From Bacteroidota bacterium (GTDB taxonomy: Bacteria; Bacteroidota; Ignavibacteria; UBA10030; UBA8401), in assembly GCA_035505655.1 (NCBI GenBank), contig DATJQP010000063.1, forward strand, positions 34,757 to 98,756: 64,000 bases of DNA, written 5' to 3'. The notes under the pieces were generated by a model, which was not told where the DNA came from, ran no database searches, and was given only the letters and a program-made list of their open reading frames with translations. The position numbers and the translations under genes were made by a program. Below are positions 27,769-37,160 of the stretch, in pieces; the first letter of the stretch is position 1; each line of letters starts with the position of its first letter.

Positions 27769-28029
27769 TCATCCTCCACTGACCGGAGGCAACACGGCCA
27801 CTTCATCGCCGTCGTGAAGCGTAAAGTCGGAATCGACATACGCCTCGTTGACAGCCAGCCGGATGAACGGCCGGAGCTTTGTCATCGCCGGGTAGCTATC
27901 GGAGAGATGATCGAGCACGACTCCGGCCCGCGAAGCGATCGGAAGCTCGACCTTTGTCTCAGACAGCTTCGCCACCTCTTTCGCGGAAGCGAAGAGTCGC
28001 ACAGTGATGAGGATTGATTGGGAGGGCAC
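27769..28029 (-). CDS. moaD: Molybdopterin synthase sulfur-carrier subunit
   Basis: 86 aa ubiquitin-like protein ending ...VAVLPPVSGG, the C-terminal Gly-Gly. It lies 4 nt upstream of moaE. Confidence 0.8.
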   Translation of the reverse strand: MPSQSILITVRLFASAKEVAKLSETKVELPIASRAGVVLDHLSDSYPAMTKLRPFIRLAVNEAYVDSDFTLHDGDEVAVLPPVSGG

Positions 28030-28059
28030 AACAGAATATAGAGAGATCCCCCGCGGATA

Positions 28060-28641
28060 TCAAGGCGCGGGAGGGAGGCCGCGGGAATAAAGCTCCGAAT
28101 TGAAGTACGGGGCAAGCGCGTTGAGGGTTGCGAGTTCGAAAGAGTCCTCGCGCGTGACAAGGTCCTTCGTGAGAATCCCCCAGGTCCCCTGATTGCTCCG
28201 GACGTCCAATTGTCCGGCAAAACGATCGATGATCTCACCGAGATCTTTCCCCTCCGTCACCACCGCCTCGGCAACGGCATGGGGCAACTCTATGCTTCCC
28301 GAACTGCCGAAGGATGAGCTCCCGTTGCGCAACACGCAGGCCCAACTTTGAAGAAATGCTCTCTCCCCCATGATCGAGATTCCCCCCTCAACTCCAACCG
28401 CAAAGAGAGAATCTGCCGTAGTGGCTCCTTTCCTGTTCCAGGCGGATGTGGCAAGTTCGGCCCGCTGTCTAGCGCCGGTCATCAATTCATCGACCGACAA
28501 AGGGGTGTCCTTCACACCGCTTTCCACGGAAATCGATTCGAAAAGGATTGCGGGAAATTCCTTTTCGCCGGTGAGCCGTCTAAAGGCCCGCTTCACTCCG
28601 TTGATCTTCGGAGTCCGAGTGCTGGCGATAAGAACGATCAT
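28060..28641 (-). CDS. yjjX: Inosine/xanthosine triphosphatase, YjjX (DUF84) family
   Basis: The region from MIVLIASTRTPKINGVKRAF through SVESGVKDTPLSVDELMTGARQRAE to FAVGVEGGI aligns with E. coli YjjX. The start was trimmed to the ATG at 28641, which overlaps the cdd stop as ATGA. The track ORF extends 98 codons further upstream. Confidence 0.7.
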   Translation of the reverse strand: MIVLIASTRTPKINGVKRAFRRLTGEKEFPAILFESISVESGVKDTPLSVDELMTGARQRAELATSAWNRKGATTADSLFAVGVEGGISIMGERAFLQSWACVLRNGSSSFGSSGSIELPHAVAEAVVTEGKDLGEIIDRFAGQLDVRSNQGTWGILTKDLVTREDSFELATLNALAPYFNSELYSRGLPPAP

Positions 28642-29069
28642 TTCCCGGTCCGTCGGGTTCGAAGGGAGAGCTTTTTGAGGTCGGGGGGGGTGGGGAAAAG
28701 CTTGTCGAGGGAAGTCACCTTGATGTTTCCCCGAGCATCGGTCAGGAGGACTTCCAGACGAGGGGCAAATTCGGAAAGGACCTGACAGCAAGCTCCGCAC
28801 GGCGAGAGATAACCCTTGTCGTCGGATGCAATCGCGATCGAGCGAAAAATCTTCTTCCCCGCCGCTACTGCCTGGAATACCGCGTTCCGCTCCGCACAAA
28901 TGGCAAGTCCGTAGGAAGCGTTCTCGACATTGCACCCTTCGAACACTGTTCCGTCCGAGGTCAGGAGGGCCGCACCGACCCGGAACCTCGAATACCCTGC
29001 GTATGCATGCCCCTTCGCGTGGCGGGCTATTGCCGCCAGCTCATTTCTTTGACGTTTTGTCGTCGCCAC
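28638..29069 (-). CDS. cdd: Cytidine deaminase
   Basis: CAERNA and SPCGACCQ are the zinc-binding CDA motifs. GTG start. Confidence 0.85.
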   Translation of the reverse strand: MATTKRQRNELAAIARHAKGHAYAGYSRFRVGAALLTSDGTVFEGCNVENASYGLAICAERNAVFQAVAAGKKIFRSIAIASDDKGYLSPCGACCQVLSEFAPRLEVLLTDARGNIKVTSLDKLFPTPPDLKKLSLRTRRTGK

Positions 29070-29241
29070 CAGAACACCGTAATCCAGTTCGGTATGTCAG
29101 CCGCCTCGATCTCACGCCGCACACAAACATCACAAAAAAAGGGTTGAGAATCAAATCGATCCGCTGGAACCCGGTGCCGACGGAAACCTACAAGGAGTGC
29201 CGCCAATCTACGGAGCACGGCCGGTCTGCTGCGCGGACAGC

Positions 29242-29565
29242 CTATTCCCTTTTACTCAGGCATTCGTCACACGGACATATCTCGCGAAGGTATTCCCACG
29301 CATAAAGGCCGGTCTCGTGACCGTCCCCCCAACTGATTTGAATTGCGTAATTGCCGACCGGGGTGATCGATTTGAGGGCATACCGCCCGGGCTTATCGGG
29401 CTGAGGCGAAGGATGAAAGGTGTGAAGAAGGACCGTCTCTCCCTTGCATTCCGCACAGGGACATTCGTCCCGGAGATACGATAAGGGAAACGGGCTCACG
29501 TGTCCGTCATCCCATGTCAAGATAAGTGCCGTGGGGCTTGTCTGCTTAATGGAGGTTACGATCAT
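29242..29565 (-). CDS. DUF971 (gamma-butyrobetaine-hydroxylase-like N-terminal domain) protein
   Basis: LILTWDDGHVSPFPLSYLRDECPCAEC...YAIQISWGDGHETGLYAWEYLREICPC carries the paired CPC(A/D)EC motifs typical of DUF971. Confidence 0.7.
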   Translation of the reverse strand: MIVTSIKQTSPTALILTWDDGHVSPFPLSYLRDECPCAECKGETVLLHTFHPSPQPDKPGRYALKSITPVGNYAIQISWGDGHETGLYAWEYLREICPCDECLSKRE

Positions 29566-29569
29566 CGGG

Positions 29570-30115
29570 CTACAGCATCGTCTGGAAAATCTGCTTCAGG
29601 TACCCCGCCCACTTTTCATATCCCGATGCGGTCAAATGGAGCCCGTCGTCGCTCAATTCTTCCGCCAATTCTCCTCTCACATCGAGAAACAACGGATAGA
29701 TATCGAGATACTTCGCGCCATACTTCATGGCTAGTTTGTGGATCTCGAGATTGAGGAGTTGGATCCGTTCGATGGGCCTGTTCTCGAGATTGCGGGTCGG
29801 GAGGATTGATTCGACAAAAAGCTTCACTCCGGGGAGCCCCTTCACGATGCGAAAAATTATCCTTTCGTAATTGACGAGCAAGGTCGTGTTCGACCGGGTG
29901 AAGGAGAGGTCGTTGATGCCGACCAGAAGAAAGACGGCATGTGGTGCGAGTTCGATGACGTCGCGGTTGATCCTCTCCAGAATTGAATCCGTCCTGTCAC
30001 CCGCGACCCCCTTGTTGACGACAGGAAAATCGCCCAACAAGGTCGAAGTAGGAAACCCCTCGGTGATCGAATCACCCAAAAAAACTATCCTGGACACTCT
30101 TCTCCTTTCGCTCAA
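29570..30115 (-). CDS. SGNH/GDSL-family hydrolase
   Basis: IVFLGDSITEG is SGNH block I with the catalytic Ser; the later GINDL and DGLHLT blocks are present. Confidence 0.8.
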   Translation of the reverse strand: MSERRRVSRIVFLGDSITEGFPTSTLLGDFPVVNKGVAGDRTDSILERINRDVIELAPHAVFLLVGINDLSFTRSNTTLLVNYERIIFRIVKGLPGVKLFVESILPTRNLENRPIERIQLLNLEIHKLAMKYGAKYLDIYPLFLDVRGELAEELSDDGLHLTASGYEKWAGYLKQIFQTML

Positions 30116-30164
30116 TGCCTGGCCGACCGTTGCCGACGGCCGGTACGATACGATTCAACGAAAC

Positions 30165-31454
30165 TCACGCCGTCCGGTTTCCCTCTCCGGCGTACCGGGG
30201 TTCAGTCACCTTCACCCAGAGCCAACCGACCGCGATCATTCCGAACAGAGCCGAGAGACCGAACATCAGCTCGAAACCGTACAGCCGCGCTATCCATCCG
30301 AAGAGAATTCCGACGGCGAGGGTCGGAGCAGTCACGGTGTTGGTAAGTCCGACGTATGCTGGACGCTCGGCCTCGGAGCAGAGCTCGACAACGAACGAGA
30401 GTCGCGAGATCCCCTGGAGGCTGGTCGTCCAGGCCATGAAGACGAACACCGCCCCGAAGACGAGGATGTTTCCCGCCCCCATCGCCACTGCGCTTGCCAG
30501 AGCAGACGACCCGGCCAGGACGATAAGGTTGATTTTATGTCCCAGCGCATCCGCAAGATAACCGAAGACAATATTTCCGGCAACCATTCCCGCCATGACA
30601 ATCACCGTGAACGTTCCTGCGTAGGATGCATCAAGGCTGAACTTCTCGATTGCGAAAACGGCGTAGAAACCCGATGCGCTCATCGACATTAGAGTGAACG
30701 CATCGGCGAGAAGAAAGTTTCTAAAATTCTTGTTCCGACGGACGATAGCCATTCCGTCGGAGAGGATACCTCCCACCGGGGCGAGCGGGCGGCCGGCAGA
30801 GATCGGGGGTTCAATAAGCGCACGCAGGAATTGGAACGAAAACATCGTGAAAACAAACGCAATAATGAAGAGGAGGGCAAAATTGGCAGGAAAGGGGACA
30901 ACGAAGAGAATCAGGGTCACCAAAGATCCCCCCAAAATGCCCAGGGAAGAGCTCAGCAATTGGCGGACCGCCTGCAGCTTCCCCCTCAACTTCATAGGGG
31001 TGGTCTTGGCGAAGATCTGGAACCACGGGGGAACTCCGAAGCTCCCCGAAACCGCGATAAGAAAGATGAAGAGGAGAAGGAGCGGGACCGATACCGTCGC
31101 ATCGAGATGGCCGACAAAAAAAAGCGTAAAGAGCCCCGCAAAGAGGAACGACAATCGGTAGAGGAGCCCGTACTTGAGAACAGCCGGTTTGATCTCCCCT
31201 TCGGTCTTCATGAATCTCAGAACGATCGCCTGCGGGAAATTCGTGCCAATAAGCCATAACACCGGGACGCTTCCCACCGCCACGACACTCCCCCCCACCT
31301 GTTGGATGAAGACGGGAAGGATTGTGTTGTACGAAATGAGGCTCGTCGCAAAACCAAAGAGTGCCCCGTCAAAAATGTGCGCACGAAGGTTCGACCTCAG
31401 AGTGGGAGTGTCGATTCCGGGGAACTTTGACAGCTGGAAAACCTGCTTGAGCAT
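30165..31454 (-). CDS. MFS transporter
   Basis: About 12 TM helices with MFS-like topology. Confidence 0.75.
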   Translation of the reverse strand: MLKQVFQLSKFPGIDTPTLRSNLRAHIFDGALFGFATSLISYNTILPVFIQQVGGSVVAVGSVPVLWLIGTNFPQAIVLRFMKTEGEIKPAVLKYGLLYRLSFLFAGLFTLFFVGHLDATVSVPLLLLFIFLIAVSGSFGVPPWFQIFAKTTPMKLRGKLQAVRQLLSSSLGILGGSLVTLILFVVPFPANFALLFIIAFVFTMFSFQFLRALIEPPISAGRPLAPVGGILSDGMAIVRRNKNFRNFLLADAFTLMSMSASGFYAVFAIEKFSLDASYAGTFTVIVMAGMVAGNIVFGYLADALGHKINLIVLAGSSALASAVAMGAGNILVFGAVFVFMAWTTSLQGISRLSFVVELCSEAERPAYVGLTNTVTAPTLAVGILFGWIARLYGFELMFGLSALFGMIAVGWLWVKVTEPRYAGEGNRTA

Positions 31455-31842
31455 CCGACCGAATGGAGGTGGAAATGATGAAGTTCGAGCTCGCGGCCCG
31501 GCTCCGGGACAGTTCCCGCGGGGGGCTCTTCTCCAATACTTAGGCCGCGGAGTTATTCAATGTAGGGAAAAATAACCGAATTGCGAATGATCGGTCTGCG
31601 TCCCACGGCTCAGAACTTCCGGGTCGAAGCCTGCGGCATGTCAGGGCTGGACCGTTTACGGATCTTCCCGGCGAACCCTCCGTCAAACGATGAGAACGGA
31701 GATGGGGTCGCGATGACCGCGGAGTCCATTGCCTCCGTTCATCTTTTTTTGTACCTTCGTTGTCAAGCAACGCAAGGCCCGTGTCACACCGCGCAGTGCC
31801 GCTCGATCCAGGCTTTGCGAGTCCGCGGAACTCAGATCTTTC

Positions 31843-32361
31843 ATGAAAGAACACGAGCAGATTTACAAACGCCGCATCATCCGGGAAAGGGTGATGCAGG
31901 CACTCTATTCATATGAGATCTCGAAGGATCCCCTTCCCCATGTTATCGAGCATATCTTTTCCGAGCTGAAAGAGCACGCGGAAGAATTTGCGTTCGCCGA
32001 AAACCTCCTTCGGCTTACCGTGGATCACCAGGGAGCGATCGACGCGATCATCAGAAAAAAAGCAACGAACTGGAACTTCGACCGGATTGCACTCATCGAT
32101 AAGCTCCTCCTGCGGATGGGTATCTGCGAGCTTTATTACTTCGAGGATATTCCTCCGAAGGTGACGATCAACGAGGCGATTGAGATCGCCAAGCATTTCA
32201 GCACCGAAAAAAGCGGCCAGTTTGTCAACGGGATCCTCGATTCGATCCTCCACGACATGAAGGCGGACGGCACGCTCGAAAAACGAGGAAGAGGGCTCCT
32301 CGATTCTCCGGCCAGAAAAAAAAGGGGGCGATCCGACCGGGTCTCGGGGAGCGAAGCGTAG
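31843..32361 (+). CDS. nusB: Transcription antitermination factor NusB
   Basis: KRRIIRERVMQALYSYEIS...IDAIIRKKATNWNFDRIALIDKLLLRMGICELYYFEDIPPKVTINEAIEIAKHFSTEKSGQFVNGILD is a typical NusB. The start was trimmed to the ATG at 31843. Confidence 0.8.
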   Translation: MKEHEQIYKRRIIRERVMQALYSYEISKDPLPHVIEHIFSELKEHAEEFAFAENLLRLTVDHQGAIDAIIRKKATNWNFDRIALIDKLLLRMGICELYYFEDIPPKVTINEAIEIAKHFSTEKSGQFVNGILDSILHDMKADGTLEKRGRGLLDSPARKKRGRSDRVSGSEA

Positions 32362-33636
32362 ATGACCTCCCCCCCTTCTTCAGCCGATAGAAAGGCATCC
32401 CGGTTCCAGATCTTCGTTTGGACACTCTTCGATTTCGCCAATACCTCCTTTTCCGTCATTGTCATCTCAGTCGGGTACTCGCTCTACTTCAAGAATGTTG
32501 TCGTCGGCGGAAGGGGGCGAGGCGATCTTCTTTGGGGAGCTGCGGTCAGCGCATCGATGCTCATCACCGCGCTCATCGCGCCGGTGCTCGGAGCAGCCGC
32601 CGATTTCTCGAGCCGGCGGAAGAGGTTTCTCTTCGGGTTCACCCTTGTCACCGTCGTCTGCACCGCGCTGCTCTATTTCGTCGGTGCCGGGATGGTCGTC
32701 ACAGGGATGATCCTCTTTATTGTCGCCAACATCGGGTTCGAAGGGGGAATCGTTTTCTACGACGCATTCCTTCCCACCATCGCCTCCGAACGGAGCTACG
32801 GGAGAGTTTCGGGGTACGGATATGCAATGGGATACCTGGGGTCGCTGACGACGCTCCTTCTGGCGATGCCTCTCTACGCCGACGGCTTCGTCGCCTCGAA
32901 CCTTGGAAACGTGAGGACAAGTTTTCTTCTCGCGGCCGGCATGCTCCTCGTCTTCACTTCCCCGCTCTTCTTTTTCTTTCGCGACCACAGAATCACATTC
33001 CAGGAGAAGCCGTCGTACCTCGGTGCAGGCTGGGCCCGGGTGAAAGAAACAGTCAGCCACCTCCGTAACTACCGTTCGGTCGCCCGGTTTATGCTCGCGT
33101 ACTTCATCTACAACGACGGGATCCTCACCGTCATCTCCTTCGCGTCGATCTTTGCCCAGCAATCGCTCAACTTCACCCTCGAGGAAATCATCGTCCTCTT
33201 TGCGGTCGTCCAGGGATCCGGCATCATCGGATCGATCATTTTTGGGTTCGTCACCGATCGTCTCGGTCCGAAAAAATCGATCGACATCAACCTCGTGTTA
33301 TGGCTCCTTGTCGTCACGGGGGCGTACTTCGTTAAAACGAAGGGGATGTTCTTTGCGATTTCGGTCGTCGCGGGGAGTTCCCTCGGCGCCGCGCAGTCCT
33401 CAAGTCGCAGCCTCATGGCCCTGTTGACGCCGAGAGAACGGGAAGCGGAGTTCTTCGGCTTCTATGACGGGCTTTGCGGAAAGGCTTCGGCCGTCATCGG
33501 TACTTTCTTATTTGGATTGATTTCGTATCTTACCAATAATCAACGGCTTTCAATTCTCTCCGTCGGCGCATTCTTCATCGCAGGGTTCATCCTTCTGCAG
33601 CGCGTCGACGACACGCGCGCGGCTCAACCACACTGA
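32362..33636 (+). CDS. MFS transporter, UMF1 (Atg22-like) family
   Basis: The N-terminal WTLFDFANTSFSVIV motif is characteristic of UMF1. It has 12 TM helices. The start codon immediately follows the nusB stop. Confidence 0.75.
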   Translation: MTSPPSSADRKASRFQIFVWTLFDFANTSFSVIVISVGYSLYFKNVVVGGRGRGDLLWGAAVSASMLITALIAPVLGAAADFSSRRKRFLFGFTLVTVVCTALLYFVGAGMVVTGMILFIVANIGFEGGIVFYDAFLPTIASERSYGRVSGYGYAMGYLGSLTTLLLAMPLYADGFVASNLGNVRTSFLLAAGMLLVFTSPLFFFFRDHRITFQEKPSYLGAGWARVKETVSHLRNYRSVARFMLAYFIYNDGILTVISFASIFAQQSLNFTLEEIIVLFAVVQGSGIIGSIIFGFVTDRLGPKKSIDINLVLWLLVVTGAYFVKTKGMFFAISVVAGSSLGAAQSSSRSLMALLTPREREAEFFGFYDGLCGKASAVIGTFLFGLISYLTNNQRLSILSVGAFFIAGFILLQRVDDTRAAQPH

Positions 33637-33643
33637 ACCCCCT

Positions 33644-34084
33644 ATGTTGCTGGTTTCATTCATTGCGGCTTTCTTCACGGTCCTCTCCCCCGCCCGGAGC
33701 CTCGATGCGGTCGAGCGAAGGGGTGCACGGTGCGAAATCCGGTTGACCAACTCGACGGTGAGGCCCGGAGGCTCGGGCGAATTGGAGATACTCTTCTCGG
33801 CCGACGAAGGCTTCTCGATCGCGACCCGGCCACCGGTCGAGGTACGGTTCGGAAAGCTTTCCCCTCTCCGCGTCACCAGCATCACGCCCGTGTCTATGAG
33901 ATCTAAGAGCGAGCTCATCGACACAAGAAAGCCGGTCGTCGCAGGGTTCATCGTGGAGAAGAAATGCAAGGGCGGAAAACACACCGTCGAGGGGACCGTC
34001 ACATACACGGTTTGTTCGGATGCCGAAGGATGGAGCACCAAGGTCACCGAGCCGTTTGAGCTGACATTTTCGGTATCGCCATAG
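33644..34084 (+). CDS. Hypothetical exported protein, weakly DsbD-alpha-like Ig fold
   Basis: The hydrophobic N-terminus suggests export. YTVCSDAEGW resembles the DsbD N-domain YQGCADAGFC but lacks the second Cys. The gene sits tightly between the MFS gene and lpxH. Confidence 0.35.
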   Translation: MLLVSFIAAFFTVLSPARSLDAVERRGARCEIRLTNSTVRPGGSGELEILFSADEGFSIATRPPVEVRFGKLSPLRVTSITPVSMRSKSELIDTRKPVVAGFIVEKKCKGGKHTVEGTVTYTVCSDAEGWSTKVTEPFELTFSVSP

Positions 34085-34087
34085 TCG

Positions 34088-34816
34088 ATGAAAAAGGCCT
34101 TCTTCATCTCAGACGTTCATCTCGGGCTCGAAGACAAAGAGCGAGAGCGAGCGAAGGAGCGGCGCCTCCTTTCGTTCTTCCGCCGCGTCGGGGAGGAGGG
34201 GGACCAGCTTTATATCCTCGGCGATCTCTTCGACTACTGGTTCGAGTACAAGTACGTTATTCCTCGCGGCTACCACCATGTCCTTTCCGCCCTCGGTCGC
34301 CTCGTCGAGCACGGCGTCGAAGTTCGATATCTTGCAGGGAATCACGATTTCTGGCTCAAAGACTTTTTCCCCTCCGATCTCGGCATCCCGGTTTACAAGG
34401 ATCCGGTGGGAATCACGATCGGGGGGAAGCGGTTCTACCTCCATCATGGAGACGGATTGGCCTTGCGCGACGCAGGGTACCGGTTGCTGAAAAAGGTATT
34501 GAGAAATCGCGTGAGCATTTTTTTCTTCACGCTGATCCACCCGGACATCACGGCGCCGATAGCAAAGGCGTCGTCGAAGGGAAGCAGGCAGTATACCGAC
34601 CGCAAGGACTTTGGAGAAACGGACGGCATGATCCTCTGTGCGACCGACAAGATTCGCGAGGGGTACGACTTCGTCGTCATGGGGCACCGCCACGTGCCCC
34701 TCTACCAGGCGATCGGACGCGGCGTGTACATTAACCTCGGAGATTGGATTTCGTACTCTTCCTACGCGGAGTTCGACGGCTCAACGATCGCTCTGAAAAG
34801 CTGGAAAGAAGACTAA
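34088..34816 (+). CDS. lpxH: UDP-2,3-diacylglucosamine diphosphatase-like calcineurin-type metallophosphoesterase
   Basis: The SDVHLG, LGDLFDYWFE and GNHDFW metallophosphoesterase motifs match LpxH. Confidence 0.75.
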   Translation: MKKAFFISDVHLGLEDKERERAKERRLLSFFRRVGEEGDQLYILGDLFDYWFEYKYVIPRGYHHVLSALGRLVEHGVEVRYLAGNHDFWLKDFFPSDLGIPVYKDPVGITIGGKRFYLHHGDGLALRDAGYRLLKKVLRNRVSIFFFTLIHPDITAPIAKASSKGSRQYTDRKDFGETDGMILCATDKIREGYDFVVMGHRHVPLYQAIGRGVYINLGDWISYSSYAEFDGSTIALKSWKED

Positions 34817-34819
34817 GAC

Positions 34820-37156
34820 ATGGGAAAAACACCCCCGACCGGCCCTCGCAAACCCACGCAAAAGGGGCAGTACAGCTCCGAGCAGATGAAGCGTTATTTC
34901 ACGGAACCGAAGTACCGCGACGAGATGTATCTTCGTAGCAAGAATTTTCTCAAGAAGTACTGGTACGCGTTCGCCGGGGGCGGTATCGTACTGCTCCTGC
35001 TTTTCGTCATCTTCATGAAGATGGTCTTCGCGGGACTTCCTTCCCTCGAGCAGTTGGAAAATCCGAAGCCCGAACTGGCGACAAAGGTCTTTTCGTATGA
35101 CGGTGAGGTCCTGGGGCAGTTCTATCTGAAGAACCGGACTTATATCTCTTTCGACAAGATCCCGCAGAGCACCGTCGATGCGCTCATCTGCACGGAAGAT
35201 AAGGATTTCTACAGCCACTGGGGCGTTTCGCCGCTCCGTTTCGTCAAAGCGATCATCAAAGATCTTCTCGCGCTCCGCTTCAAGGAAGGGGCGAGCACCA
35301 TCACCCAGCAACTCTCGAGGAACCTCTACAATCTCAAAGCGGCGCAGGAGACGACGTTCGACAAGATGACTCGGAAGATCCGGGAATTCATCACCTCGGT
35401 CCAGATAGAGCGGACGTATACCAAGAAAGAGATCCTTGAGATGTATCTCAACTACATCTATCTGGGGCGCGGGGCGTACGGAGTCTCCGCGGCCGCGTCG
35501 ATCTACTTCGACAAATCAGCGCAGGACCTCAGCCTTGCAGAGTCCTCTCTTCTCATCGGAATGGCCAAGGGTCCGTTCTACTACGATCCGATCAAGCACC
35601 CGGATCGTGCATTCGCCCGCCGGGCAATCGTCCTCTCCCAGATGGTGAAGTACGGCAAGCTCACCCAGGCAGCGGCAGATTCCGTCAGCCGTGATTCCCT
35701 CCATTTCACCTCAGCGGACGCCCTCACGCTCACCGGGATCGCGCCGCATTTCGTGGAGTCTGTGCGGCAGCAACTGCTCCAGAAGGCTGACAAGTACGGA
35801 TTCGATATCTACAAAGACGGGCTCAACGTCTACACGACGCTCGACAGCCGCATGCAGAGATACGCAAACCGGGCTGTCTCCGAGCACCTCGCCGATCTCC
35901 AGCCGGCCTTCGACTCGACCTGGGACTGGAAGGCAAACTCCGAAATCCTCAATCGGGCGGTCGACAAGTGCATCCAGGATATCATTTCGACGAGAAAGAC
36001 CACGAGCCGGGTAGAGAGCGACAGCATCTACCGTTACTACCGCAGCAACCGCCAGTTCGTCGATTCAGTGAAAAAGGTCTGGCAGACGATCGAAGTGGGG
36101 CTCATCATCATCGACCCGCACACAGGATACATCTGCGCGATGGTGGGCGGATCCGATTTTAAAACCTTCAAGTATGGTCTGAACCACACCACGCAGATCC
36201 AGCGCCAGCCGGGGTCGGCGTTCAAACCCTTCGTCTACACCGTCGCGATCGACAACGGTTATCCGCCAACGTTCGAGCTCCTCAATCAGCCGGTGACCCT
36301 CATGATGGAGGACGGAACACGATGGACGCCGGGGAACTTCGACGGAACGATAGGCGGGAAGTACACGCTCCGCGAAGGGCTGAGGGAATCGATCAACCTC
36401 ATCGCGGTGCGGGCGATCATGGAGATCGCCCCGAAAAACCAGGTCATCGAGCTCGCCCATCGCATGGGCATCACGACTCCCATTCCCCCGTTTGAATCGA
36501 TTGCGCTCGGGACCGCCACCGTCAAACCGATAGAGCTTACGTCTGCCTTCGGGGTCTACGCGAACGAAGGGGTCTATGTCCAGCCGGTGAGCATCCTCCG
36601 GATCGAGGACAAGGATGGCAACGTCATCGAGGAGAACACGCCGGAGAAACGGGAAGTCATGAGCAAAGAAACGGCATATATCATGACGTCGATGCTCCAG
36701 GATGTTGTCGATCATGGGAGCGGCGGGCGGGTTCGTCACTTCTTCCACTTTCCTGCTGCGGGGAAGACAGGAACAACACAGGACTTTGCGGATGCCTGGT
36801 TCGTCGGTTTCACTCCGCAACTTGTGGCCGGAGTATGGATCGGCTTCGACGACCAGGCGGTGAAGTTCACCTCTTCCGACGGTCAGGGAGGGAGAACGGC
36901 TGCGCCTCTCTGGGGAAGGGTGATGAAGTATATTTACGAGGATCCTTCGATTCCCATCACGAACGAGTTTTTCGAGAAACCCGACGGCGTCGTCATCGAC
37001 ACGATTTGCGCCGACACAAAGAAGCTCGCGACGCCCTTCTGTCCGAAACGGATGACGGAGGTCTTCAACGTGAAGTATCAGCCGGGGATGTGCGACAAAC
37101 ACACGTCGGCGAATTGGAAGGAATCGGAAGAAAACCCGAACGACATCAAATTCTGA
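34820..37156 (+). CDS. mrcA: Class A penicillin-binding protein 1A (glycosyltransferase plus transpeptidase)
   Basis: GT51 motifs: CTEDKDFYSHWGVSP, GASTITQQLSRN and RKIREF. The transpeptidase region carries SAFKPF (SxxK) and KTGTT. Confidence 0.9.
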   Translation: MGKTPPTGPRKPTQKGQYSSEQMKRYFTEPKYRDEMYLRSKNFLKKYWYAFAGGGIVLLLLFVIFMKMVFAGLPSLEQLENPKPELATKVFSYDGEVLGQFYLKNRTYISFDKIPQSTVDALICTEDKDFYSHWGVSPLRFVKAIIKDLLALRFKEGASTITQQLSRNLYNLKAAQETTFDKMTRKIREFITSVQIERTYTKKEILEMYLNYIYLGRGAYGVSAAASIYFDKSAQDLSLAESSLLIGMAKGPFYYDPIKHPDRAFARRAIVLSQMVKYGKLTQAAADSVSRDSLHFTSADALTLTGIAPHFVESVRQQLLQKADKYGFDIYKDGLNVYTTLDSRMQRYANRAVSEHLADLQPAFDSTWDWKANSEILNRAVDKCIQDIISTRKTTSRVESDSIYRYYRSNRQFVDSVKKVWQTIEVGLIIIDPHTGYICAMVGGSDFKTFKYGLNHTTQIQRQPGSAFKPFVYTVAIDNGYPPTFELLNQPVTLMMEDGTRWTPGNFDGTIGGKYTLREGLRESINLIAVRAIMEIAPKNQVIELAHRMGITTPIPPFESIALGTATVKPIELTSAFGVYANEGVYVQPVSILRIEDKDGNVIEENTPEKREVMSKETAYIMTSMLQDVVDHGSGGRVRHFFHFPAAGKTGTTQDFADAWFVGFTPQLVAGVWIGFDDQAVKFTSSDGQGGRTAAPLWGRVMKYIYEDPSIPITNEFFEKPDGVVIDTICADTKKLATPFCPKRMTEVFNVKYQPGMCDKHTSANWKESEENPNDIKF

Positions 37157-37160
37157 CCTC

